52,847 nt of DNA, taken from the IMG/VR virus record IMGVR_UViG_2663762646_000002. One strand, 5' to 3'. This document shows positions 36,514-44,827 of the stretch, piece after piece. A program made the translations under genes and the position numbers. The notes below the pieces were generated by a model that saw only the letters and a program-made list of their open reading frames with translations, did no database searches and was not told where the DNA came from. Numbering within the stretch: position 1 is the stretch's first letter; each line of letters starts with the position of its first letter. This DNA comes from a virus (taxonomy: Duplodnaviria; Heunggongvirae; Uroviricota; Caudoviricetes).

Positions 36514-36669
36514 TTACTCCTCAGGTTCGTAAGCTGTGAAGACAGCGACCTCCGTCTGGCCGGTTCGGATTCGTACCTCGCAGAGGTCTTTCCTCGTTAC
36601 CAGTGCCGTCACTATGACGGTTAAACAGATGACGATCAGGGCGATTAACATCGCCTTTTGCTGCTTCAT
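36514..36669 (-). CDS. hokD: Hok-family type I toxin
   Basis: 51 aa, MKQQKAMLIALIVICLTVIVTALVTRKDLCEVRIRTGQTEVAVFTAYEPEE, found by manual translation; too short for the supplied ORF track. Confidence 0.9.
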   Translation of the reverse strand: MKQQKAMLIALIVICLTVIVTALVTRKDLCEVRIRTGQTEVAVFTAYEPEE

Positions 36670-36740
36670 AGCCTGCTTCTCCTGTCAACGCAAAGCAGAA
36701 GTGTCACCTTCGGTGCGAAACAGAGATGTCATGCTTTGGT

Positions 36741-37028
36741 TCAGAGAATGCGTTTGACCGCCTCGCTATATACTTCCGAGCGTTCTCTTTTCCCAACAGA
36801 AATCACGAAAACGACAACTTTCTCGTCTATAACCTGGTATACAAGGCGATAGCCTGAAGACCGGAGCTTAATCTTGTAACAATCAGGCATACCACGGAGC
36901 TTGTTTGCTTCAATCCGGGGTGACTCAAGTACTTCAACCAGCTTCTTTTTCAACTGTTCACGTACCGTCGAGCCCAGCTTTCGCCATTCCTTTAGTGCCC
37001 GCTCGTCAAAATCCAGAAAATACGCCAT
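36741..37028 (-). CDS. relE: RelE mRNA interferase toxin
   Basis: 95 aa, MAYFLDFDERALKEWRKLGSTVREQLKKKL... matches RelE. Confidence 0.9.
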   Translation of the reverse strand: MAYFLDFDERALKEWRKLGSTVREQLKKKLVEVLESPRIEANKLRGMPDCYKIKLRSSGYRLVYQVIDEKVVVFVISVGKRERSEVYSEAVKRIL

Positions 37029-37267
37029 CAGAGTTCATCCAGCGTCACACGTACTGGCTTAGGATTACGAAGCCGTTCTTTCACTATCTCCACAAGTTCA
37101 GCATCTTCATCACTCAGGAGTGTCTGTTTGAACGGCAAGCGTTCATTGTCAGCGATATACTCGAGCATGAGACGAAGCGCTTCAGAAGGAGTTACACCCA
37201 TTTTTTCAAGCGCGGCGTAAGAACGCGCTTTAAGTTCATCGTCAATACGCAGGTTAATGCTACCCAT
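37028..37267 (-). CDS. relB: RelB antitoxin
   Basis: 79 aa, MGSINLRIDDELKARSYAALEKMGVTPSEALR... matches RelB; immediately upstream of relE. Confidence 0.9.
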   Translation of the reverse strand: MGSINLRIDDELKARSYAALEKMGVTPSEALRLMLEYIADNERLPFKQTLLSDEDAELVEIVKERLRNPKPVRVTLDEL

Positions 37268-37277
37268 GTCTTACACC

Positions 37278-37306
37278 TCTTGTAATTACAAATGTCATTA
37301 CAAGTA
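37278..37306 (-). promoter_or_regulatory. relBE promoter/operator (relO) region
   Basis: Tandem TTGTAAT hexad-type repeats (minus strand TTGTAATGACATTTGTAATTACAAG) just upstream of the relB SD and ATG. Confidence 0.55.
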
Positions 37307-37597
37307 TCGCACTACAACATGCTTAGGGCAAGTCACGAAGGAAGTCAGAAAGTAGTCGTAAGAACGGTGATCACTGTCCGCTTTGTGCCAGGAGCAGCCA
37401 TTGCTAAGTCCATCCTGTATTGTGCAGGTCAGCTCGTTTTTAAAGAGTCCGGCCATCATCTTACTGGTACAGACACCATATACTTTGTGACGGTCAGGCT
37501 ACATATGCACAACTCAACTTATTCATCTATTTTTTGCTTTAGCATGTCAGTGTTGCTTTCTCGTCGGCGGGTGAGCGGTGACCTGACCTGTCGATAA
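37292..37597 (+). CDS. ydfV: small protein YdfV (function unknown)
   Basis: 101-aa ORF divergent from relB at the Qin ydfV position; its start lies inside the relBE operator region, so coding status is uncertain. Confidence 0.45.
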   Translation: MSLQVSHYNMLRASHEGSQKVVVRTVITVRFVPGAAIAKSILYCAGQLVFKESGHHLTGTDTIYFVTVRLHMHNSTYSSIFCFSMSVLLSRRRVSGDLTCR

Positions 37598-37749
37598 AGG
37601 AACGTAACACGTTTTATGCAACACCCGCATGCGGCAGAAAATTATTGCCGAACGTTTACCCCTGTCAACAAGCTTTACTTTCTGAGGCGCGCCAGCCCGC
37701 GAGGAAAACAATCTGAACATCAAACAATTAATGACACAAGAAATACGAT

Positions 37750-37776
37750 TAAAGATTTTTTTGTGCATGCCGATAG
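37750..37776 (+). promoter_or_regulatory. sigma-28 (FliA) promoter of flxA
   Basis: TAAAGATT-11 nt-GCCGATAG, a near-perfect match to the FliA consensus TAAAGTTT-N11-GCCGATAA, 24 nt upstream of the flxA ATG. Confidence 0.75.
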
Positions 37777-37799
37777 TGCTTTTTTAAAAGGAGAAATCT

Positions 37800-38132
37800 A
37801 TGTCTGTCACAATTCAGGGAAATACCTCAACCGTTATTTCAAACAACTCCGCCCCGGAAGGAACATCAGAAATAGCCAAAATCACAAGACAAATTCAGGT
37901 GCTGACTGAAAAGCTTGGGAAAATCTCATCGGAAGAGGGGATGACGACACAGCAGAAAAAAGAAATGGCTGCATTGGTACAGAAGCAAATTGAAAGCCTC
38001 TGGGCTCAACTGGAGCAGTTGTTAAGGCAGCAGGCAGAGAAAAAGAATGAAGACGCGACAGTTCAGCCTGATAAAAAAGAAGAGAAAAAAGACGATACAA
38101 ATACCGCTGGCACCATTGATATTTACGTCTAA
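37800..38132 (+). CDS. flxA: FliA-regulated protein FlxA
   Basis: 110 aa, MSVTIQGNTSTVISNNSAPEGTSEIAKITRQIQVL...; AAAGGAGAAA SD; followed by a terminator. Confidence 0.85.
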   Translation: MSVTIQGNTSTVISNNSAPEGTSEIAKITRQIQVLTEKLGKISSEEGMTTQQKKEMAALVQKQIESLWAQLEQLLRQQAEKKNEDATVQPDKKEEKKDDTNTAGTIDIYV

Positions 38133-38146
38133 GTGACAGCCGTATT

Positions 38147-38170
38147 GTGGCCCTCATCGGGCCACTTTTC
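38147..38170 (+). terminator. rho-independent terminator after flxA
   Basis: GTGGCCC-TCATC-GGGCCAC followed by TTTT. Confidence 0.7.
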
Positions 38171-38568
38171 GCCATCAGCCTTTTCTTTAAAGACATATTA
38201 TCTTTGTATCATTTCTGATAGTTAACATTACAAGATATAAGTAATGGACGCACTCCCAATTAGTCTATTTAAATCGCCACGAGTTTAACTGACAACCCAT
38301 GATCAATTATGAATTGCAACTATTTCTGTAGTCACTTTTGTGGGGACAGTCCACAAAACTGCCAACTTCCGCTTCTTGCTCTTAGCGGACATTAGCATAG
38401 GCTATTTACCATAACGCCTCATTACGCGCACCGCCCAGACTGACTCAGCGCGTTTCTGGCATATCCCCGGTAAAACAAGTAACAAACCACCCGAAAATGA
38501 ACACCAGAAACGCGACTTAAGAATCTACCCTATGAATGGATATGCACTCAACCGAATCGATCTTGGTT

Positions 38569-39882
38569 TCAATCTTTTTTATCGGGATCAGGCTTCTTTT
38601 TAGGTAACTTCGGGGGCTTAACTTGCTGATGACTTTGCGTTCGGCGCGTAAGCCAGGGATGGTCAGCTTTAGGTTTAACATAGTATTTTGAGCGTAAATC
38701 AATACGGGCATTATCCACTCGTTCATGGACACTCTTTTCATCATCCAGTGGTATAGGCTCCGGGCCATCAACATACTTTTCCCAGCCCAGCGCTTTCCCG
38801 TCATACAGAACGTTAATTTCACCGTCAAAGTTCTCGCATACAGTAACAACCGAATGCCTAAGTCGATATCCCCGGCCCTCACTGCGTACCTGAAACGCAC
38901 TGCTTTTGTACTGGAAAGTGAGATTTTTAGACAGAACGCGCTTCGCCTGTAGGCTGAAGATATAACCCAGTTCCTCTTCAGAATGGTGCACATCAAGATG
39001 AGCATTATCAGTAGTACGAGGCGACGTAGCGAACCGGTTGTTATAGGCTTCAATAAAGGTCGGCAACCATGCATTTGCTGTTTCAATATCACTGATATTC
39101 TGAAGCCGCATTTCTTTGACCAGCCTGTCCTGTAGTGTCTGATTGGCGCGCTCTACCCGCCCTTTTGCCTGCGGGCTGTTGGCATGGATTGGCTCGATGC
39201 CCAGTGTCTTTATCGCACGAGTGAACTGGGTCAGCTCACCTTCCCGCTCTGGGTTATTTACCCTGAATATACTGTGTCTATCAGAGTAGAGAGCGAGCGG
39301 TACGCCATGATCATTAAGGTAACCCCGGAGGGTTTCCATGTAAGCCCGGGTTGTTTCAGCAGGCACAAAACGCAACGCCATCAACGCACTGGTGGCATCA
39401 TCAATGAAAACGATCAGTGTACATCTGGGGCCTCGATTTTCAAACCAGTCATGAGGTGAGCCATCAATCTGGATCAGTTCACCGTAAGATGGTCGTCGCA
39501 TGCGGCGTTGATATATACGGGCAATTTTACGACGGCGTTCACGCCATAACCCCTCTTCTATCATCCACTTTCTGAGAGTTTCAACGGATAAAGATAAACC
39601 GTGTATCTCGCGCAATTTTTCGCACGCAAACGTAGGTCCAAAATCAGCGTAACGGCCTTTGAGGAGTGAAATTACTGTTGCTCTGAATTCAGTAGAAAAG
39701 GAATTATTAGGACGCTTTCCACGTCGGTGGGAAACCAGACCAGAAGGCCCTTCATTTCTATACCGTTGCACCAGACGTTTAACCTGCCGAATAGAAATGC
39801 CAATGCGTGCCGCAGCTTGTTCCTGAATAATCTGAAGTCGGTGGAGTTCCTTATGACTCATCGTAACAGTCTCTTTGATCAT
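38569..39882 (-). CDS. rve-superfamily DDE transposase/integrase-like protein with N-terminal HTH (IS481/ISNCY-like); possible intact counterpart of the K-12 intK remnant
   Basis: 437 aa; HTH at the N-terminus, DDE-type catalytic core (LIQIDGSPHDWF, ALYSDRHSIF, AKGRVERANQTLQDR); no clear terminal inverted repeats found nearby. Confidence 0.7.
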   Translation of the reverse strand: MIKETVTMSHKELHRLQIIQEQAAARIGISIRQVKRLVQRYRNEGPSGLVSHRRGKRPNNSFSTEFRATVISLLKGRYADFGPTFACEKLREIHGLSLSVETLRKWMIEEGLWRERRRKIARIYQRRMRRPSYGELIQIDGSPHDWFENRGPRCTLIVFIDDATSALMALRFVPAETTRAYMETLRGYLNDHGVPLALYSDRHSIFRVNNPEREGELTQFTRAIKTLGIEPIHANSPQAKGRVERANQTLQDRLVKEMRLQNISDIETANAWLPTFIEAYNNRFATSPRTTDNAHLDVHHSEEELGYIFSLQAKRVLSKNLTFQYKSSAFQVRSEGRGYRLRHSVVTVCENFDGEINVLYDGKALGWEKYVDGPEPIPLDDEKSVHERVDNARIDLRSKYYVKPKADHPWLTRRTQSHQQVKPPKLPKKKPDPDKKD

Positions 39883-40216
39883 GAAAAATCCCCCAGAGAA
39901 TTGTCTGGGGACATTTTAGAATGGTTCAAAGGGGACATTACAGCTTGGTGTTAACAATAGCCTGCTTCTCCGTGCCTTTCGGCACGTAAGAGGCTAACCT
40001 ACATGTGTCTAGCATGAAATTGGCCTCAGATTAATGTTAAGCGTCTTGCAGGACGCGTAATGTTAACTGGGGCTTTTCTCTATCTGCCGTTGGTGTCCAT
40101 GCCCGAGGCAGATAGCCTCAAGCACCCGCAGTCATTCTACTTAACTAAGATTTCCCCGCAAACCGTTTTTGTCCAGCACAGTAAATATCCAACTAAACCA
40201 ATGGAGTTCGCTGTAT

Positions 40217-40396
40217 TTACCGCCAGTATTCAATGCACATGACCGCCATGAACACCCCTAAAAAAAGGGCATTTATATATCCAAATATTAATATCAAAAC
40301 ATCAACTTTTTCCATATACCTTGCTGTGAAGATGATGGGCATACATGATGCGAACAACCAGAACGCAACAAACAAAAACTGCAATGCGTTTTTCAT
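40217..40396 (-). CDS. small two-TM membrane protein, function unknown
   Basis: 59 aa from ATG 40396 preceded by AGGAGG at 5-nt spacing (MKNALQFLFVAFWLFASCMPIIFTARYMEKVDVLILIFGYINALFLGVFMAVMCIEYWR). Confidence 0.5.
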   Translation of the reverse strand: MKNALQFLFVAFWLFASCMPIIFTARYMEKVDVLILIFGYINALFLGVFMAVMCIEYWR

Positions 40397-41159
40397 TATT
40401 CCTCCTACAATCAATGTGCAATTACATTTAAACACACCTCAATTTGGCCGGACATATAAATATCTAAACCAGAAAAAATCACTTACATAGCGTTACAAAC
40501 TCTTTAGTCTAAAGGTTCATCGTAAAACATTCCCCATACTTATCAGTCCGTTCCGCGCCAGGTAGCTCATTGCCTTATCTGGCAACCTGTAATCAGGTTT
40601 CCGCTTTTTCAGTTGGCTGGTCGTTTAACCGACATAGTTAATCCATTAATCTAGTTGCCGGATGTTGGTGGATTTTCGCGTTTTAGTTGTTCATAAAAGT
40701 GCACAGCTTTAACCAGTTCTTCTGATGTAACTGGGACTGGTGAGGCAGTGAATAAGGCCTGAATTTGATAGTTCGGCCTGTCGTTACAATCCTCTTTTTT
40801 CGGTACATATTTCCAGTCACCAGACCACTACTTCCCCTGAAAGTCCGTAACGCCTTTTTTCACGTAGCGATATCGCCATGCCACTGGTTTTGCTTGCCCC
40901 GCCGTTTCATGCCCTTCCTGATAATTAATCTCGCTCATTCATCGCCCCACTCATCACAATATGCTTCGACCGGAGTTTTTCCCGCTTCATAGTCATCACG
41001 CTAGGATTCGACATCAGCAGCACTTCCACCGCGTAACTCACCATAGTCCATTAATAGTTCATCCCGCTCTTCAAAACTGTAAGCGTCGTCTCAGCACCGT
41101 CTGGCAGATCCTGAAATTCCTGAGAGAATAGTGGACACCAAATATGGTGGACGCAATCC

Positions 41160-41564
41160 ATGAAATCATTAACCGCAGTGCGTAAAAAAAGCCCTAATTA
41201 TCCCGTTGAGTTCAAAATCAAAATGGTTGAACTCTCGCATCGACCAGAGATCTCCGTAGCGCAACTCGCTCGTGAGCATGGGATCAACGATAATTTGCTG
41301 TTCAAGTGGCGCCAGTACTGGCGCGAAGGAAAACTACGTCCTCCTTCAACAACAGAAAACAACGTGCCTGAGCTGCTCCCGATAACACTTGATGCCGAAG
41401 ATGTTGTCCCTACAACCTCCCCCCGGTCACAACCTGTAGCTGCTGCGACACCTGAATCACTCAATATCAGCTGTGAAGTGACGTTCCGGCACGGATCACT
41501 CCGTCTGAATGGTGCCATCAGCGAAAATATCCTGAACCTGCTGATACGGGAGCTCAAACGTTGA
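41160..41564 (+). CDS. IS66-family accessory protein TnpA
   Basis: 134 aa, first ORF of the IS66 unit. Confidence 0.85.
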   Translation: MKSLTAVRKKSPNYPVEFKIKMVELSHRPEISVAQLAREHGINDNLLFKWRQYWREGKLRPPSTTENNVPELLPITLDAEDVVPTTSPRSQPVAAATPESLNISCEVTFRHGSLRLNGAISENILNLLIRELKR

Positions 41565-41908
41565 TCCCATTACCATCAGGGACAAAGATCTGGCTGGTCG
41601 CTGGCATCACCGATATGAGAAACGGCTTCAACGGCCTGGCGGCAAAGGTGCAGACGACGCTGAAAGACGATCCGATGTCAGGTCACGTTTTTATCTTCCG
41701 TGGGCGTAATGGCAGTCAGGTAAAGCTCCTCTGGTCTACCGGCGATGGACTGTGTCTGCTGACCAAACGGCTGGAGCGCGGCCGCTTCGCCTGGCCGTCA
41801 GCCCGGGATGGCAAAGTGTTCCTCACACCGGCACAGCTGGCGATGCTGCTGGAAGGTATCGACTGGCGGCAGCCTAAAAGACTGCTTACGTCCCTGACTA
41901 TGTTGTAA
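41561..41908 (+). CDS. IS66-family accessory protein TnpB
   Basis: 115 aa; start is a TTG overlapping the tnpA stop. Confidence 0.85.
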   Translation: MIPLPSGTKIWLVAGITDMRNGFNGLAAKVQTTLKDDPMSGHVFIFRGRNGSQVKLLWSTGDGLCLLTKRLERGRFAWPSARDGKVFLTPAQLAMLLEGIDWRQPKRLLTSLTML

Positions 41909-41956
41909 GCCTCTTTATCCTGGTCGACGCTGAATGAGCCTGGTAATATACCCGGT

Positions 41957-43492
41957 ATGAGCAGCTCACTTCCTGACGATATCAATGCACTGAAACGTCT
42001 CCTTGCCGAACAGGAGGCGCTGAACCGTGCCCTGCAGGAAAAGCTGAACGAGCGTGAACGCGAAATAGACCATCTGCAGGCACAGCTGGATAAGCTGCGC
42101 CGGATGAACTTCGGCAGCCGCTCGGAAAAAGTCTCCCGTCGTATCGCACAGATGGAAGCTGACCTGAAGGCACTTCAGAAAGAAAGTGATACCCTTACCG
42201 GTCGGGTTGACGACCCGGCCGTGCAGCGCCCGCTGCGTCAAACCCGCACCCGCAAACCGTTCCCCGAATCACTCCCCCGCGATGAAAAACGGCTGCTGCC
42301 GGCAGCGTCATGCTGCCCGGAATGTGGAGGCTCGCTGAGCTATCTGGGTGAGGATGCCGCCGAACAGCTGGAGCTGATGCGCAGCGCCTTCCGGGTTATC
42401 CGGACTGTACGTGAAAAGCATGCCTGTACTCAGTGCGATGCCATCGTGCAGGCCCCCGCGCCTTCACGGCCCATCGAGCGGGGTATCGCAGGACCGGGGC
42501 TGCTGGCCCGCGTGCTGATCTCAAAGTATGCAGAGCACACCCCGCTGTACCGCCAGTCTGAAATGTACGGCCGCCAGGGCGTGGAGCTGAGTCGTTCACT
42601 GCTGTCGGGCTGGGTGGATGCATGCTGCCGGCTACTGTCACCGCTGGAAGAAGCGCTTCAGGACTATGTGCTGACTGACGGTAAGCTCCATGCTGATGAC
42701 ACGCCTGTCCCGGTGCTGTTGCCAGGCAATAAGAAAACGAAGACCGGGCGGTTATGGACCTACGTTCGTGACGACCGTAACGCCGGGTCAACGCTGGCGC
42801 CGGCGGTGTGGTTCGCTTACAGCCCGGACAGAAAAGGCATCCATCCGCAGACCCATCTTGCGGGGTTCAGTGGTGTACTGCAGGCGGATGCATACGCCGG
42901 GTTCAACGAGCTGTACCGGGATGGCCGGATAACGGAAGCCGCCTGTTGGGCTCACGCCCGCCGTAAAATCCACGATGTGCACGTTCGCACCCCGTCAGCC
43001 CTGACGGAGGAAGCGCTGAAACGGATCGGCGAACTGTACGCCATCGAGGCAGAGATAAGGGGAATGACGGCGGAGCAGCGCCTTGCCGAACGTCAGTTGA
43101 AAACGAAACCGCTGCTGAAATCCCTGGAAAGCTGGCTGCGTGAAAAGATGAAAACCCTGTCGCGACACTCAGAACTGGCGAAAGCGTTCGCATACGCCCT
43201 GAACCAGTGGCCGGCGCTGACGTACTATGCAGATGATGGCTGGGCTGAGGCGGACAATAACATCGCTGAAAATGCGTTGCGGATGGTCAGTCTGGGCCGC
43301 AAAAACTACCTGTTCTTCGGTTCGGATCATGGAGGAGAGCGGGGAGCGCTGCTGTACAGCCTGATCGGGACGTGCAAACTGAACGGAGTGGAGCCAGAAA
43401 GCTACCTCCGCTATGTCCTTGACGTCATAGCCGACTGGCCGATAAACCGGGTCGGCGAACTGCTCCCCCTGGCGCGTAGCACTGCCGACTGA
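41957..43492 (+). CDS. IS66-family transposase TnpC
   Basis: 511 aa with leucine-zipper-like N-terminus, CxxC zinc motif (CCPECGG...CTQCD) and DDE region. Confidence 0.9.
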   Translation: MSSSLPDDINALKRLLAEQEALNRALQEKLNEREREIDHLQAQLDKLRRMNFGSRSEKVSRRIAQMEADLKALQKESDTLTGRVDDPAVQRPLRQTRTRKPFPESLPRDEKRLLPAASCCPECGGSLSYLGEDAAEQLELMRSAFRVIRTVREKHACTQCDAIVQAPAPSRPIERGIAGPGLLARVLISKYAEHTPLYRQSEMYGRQGVELSRSLLSGWVDACCRLLSPLEEALQDYVLTDGKLHADDTPVPVLLPGNKKTKTGRLWTYVRDDRNAGSTLAPAVWFAYSPDRKGIHPQTHLAGFSGVLQADAYAGFNELYRDGRITEAACWAHARRKIHDVHVRTPSALTEEALKRIGELYAIEAEIRGMTAEQRLAERQLKTKPLLKSLESWLREKMKTLSRHSELAKAFAYALNQWPALTYYADDGWAEADNNIAENALRMVSLGRKNYLFFGSDHGGERGALLYSLIGTCKLNGVEPESYLRYVLDVIADWPINRVGELLPLARSTAD

Positions 43493-44011
43493 ATAACACA
43501 TCCCCGTCAATACGGTTCTTGCTGCACGCTTACTCAAAACTGATGTTATATTTAGCTGAACAAAAATCAGCCACTTTGTTCTTCCTCATCGTCTTTTATT
43601 TCGTGGTATGAGTAATTGCAGTAGTTAAAGAAAATTTCTTATGCTCCGTCATGAATTTCCTCAGGTGTTGCGTCATCGTCCACTTCGAATACATCCTCAA
43701 AATCTCCACCAGCTATTCCCGTTTCAATAATAATTTTGAACTTTCGCATTTCACTACCGCCCTTTCGGGCGGCCTCCTGATGTTCTGAGGGTGCAGAAAT
43801 CCATCCGGTTAAGGATTAAATTTTATTTACAGAACTGAATTTAATTATTCAGATATACGTATCTGTAGCCTTACGAATCTACTCACTGGATGCCTCTTTC
43901 ATAAAAATAATCCAGTGGGTTTTATCGTTTTTTCCCTGTTCGTTGACAGATAACAGGTTTTCTGTCTGTCAGTGCCAGAATCTGGCTTACCGGTATTTGC
44001 GTTTCATTCCA

Positions 44012-44368
44012 TTAAAAAATCAGAACGCCGTGCGGCCTCAACACCCGAAAGGCTTCTTTAAATCTCTGTCGCGAATCATCACGCCAGGCATCTTTATTCA
44101 GCCGTCCATATTTCTTTCCCATCCAGGCGTTATCACCAACACTCTCAAGATGCGGAGGGTCTAATACAACCATCGAAAAAGATGCGTCTGCAAATGATAA
44201 TGCACGAAAATCTGCGATAATGTCAGGGCTGATAATCAAGCGTCTCCCATTGCGTAATGTGTATCCTTCTTTTCTGATATCGCTGAATATCGCCCGTTCG
44301 TCAGACTTATCGAACCAGAACATGCGGCTGCCACAGCACATATCAAGAATGGTTGCCGGTGCACTCAC
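44012..44368 (-). CDS. DNA methyltransferase, N-terminal fragment (likely truncated)
   Basis: 118 aa with SAM-binding motif I (LDMCCGSR) and catalytic DPPH motif, but no target-recognition region before the stop; GTG start overlaps the upstream gene stop. Confidence 0.55.
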   Translation of the reverse strand: MSAPATILDMCCGSRMFWFDKSDERAIFSDIRKEGYTLRNGRRLIISPDIIADFRALSFADASFSMVVLDPPHLESVGDNAWMGKKYGRLNKDAWRDDSRQRFKEAFRVLRPHGVLIF

Positions 44369-44787
44369 TGCGCCACGTCCTGAAAATTACCCTGATAGAA
44401 AGCCAGTATGCGCTGCATAACTTCGCTCTTCCGGCACTCGCGACAGATTATGTTTAGGCGACTGTCGTAGCGACGTATTTCTCCGTCAGGTGATGACCAG
44501 ATAAGGTCCGGATCAACCACAGCAGGTTTCTTCACCTTTGCCCTCGAGAGTTTTTTGCGGGCGTTTTGCCAGTCCTTACGCGCCTGTTCAGAGGGGAATA
44601 ACCCGTAGCCGGAGTTGTATACATCGCCACTGGCTACCAGCTCTCTGGCAAGAACGCTCATCAGATATCTAGTCGCACCTGTTTTAGCTTCCAGTTGCCG
44701 TAACGTCTCACGGCCGCTCTGGCGCACGAGTTCCACCACCTGCCATTTAATTTTTTCCCGCTCTTCTTGTGTAAAAACTTTTGCCAC
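44365..44787 (-). CDS. hypothetical protein in the replication/nin-like region
   Basis: 140 aa, GTG start with AAGGGGGA SD; translationally coupled to the downstream MTase fragment. Confidence 0.5.
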   Translation of the reverse strand: MAKVFTQEEREKIKWQVVELVRQSGRETLRQLEAKTGATRYLMSVLARELVASGDVYNSGYGLFPSEQARKDWQNARKKLSRAKVKKPAVVDPDLIWSSPDGEIRRYDSRLNIICRECRKSEVMQRILAFYQGNFQDVAQ

Positions 44788-44827
44788 AAGTCCCCCTTAA
44801 AATTACCTCATGACCTGAAATCAACAC

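Larger units (their letters stand above)
41079..43533 (+). mobile_element. IS66-family insertion sequence (tnpA-tnpB-tnpC)
   Basis: 2455 bp; ends GTAAGCG... and ...CGCTTAC; three-ORF IS66 layout; perfect 8-bp target-site duplication TCAAAACT at 41071-41078 and 43534-43541. Confidence 0.9.

Noticed and set aside
38341-39938. TGGGGACA-containing motifs at about 38341 and 39906/39931 as the inverted-repeat ends of an IS carrying the 437-aa transposase gene
   Set aside because: The motifs are in direct, not inverted, orientation and do not align as terminal inverted repeats; element boundaries remain undefined.
42396-43537. Minus-strand ORFs of 64-131 aa inside the IS66 tnpC gene
   Set aside because: Antisense to the IS66 transposase; the 122-aa ORF merely ends 4 nt outside the IS boundary.
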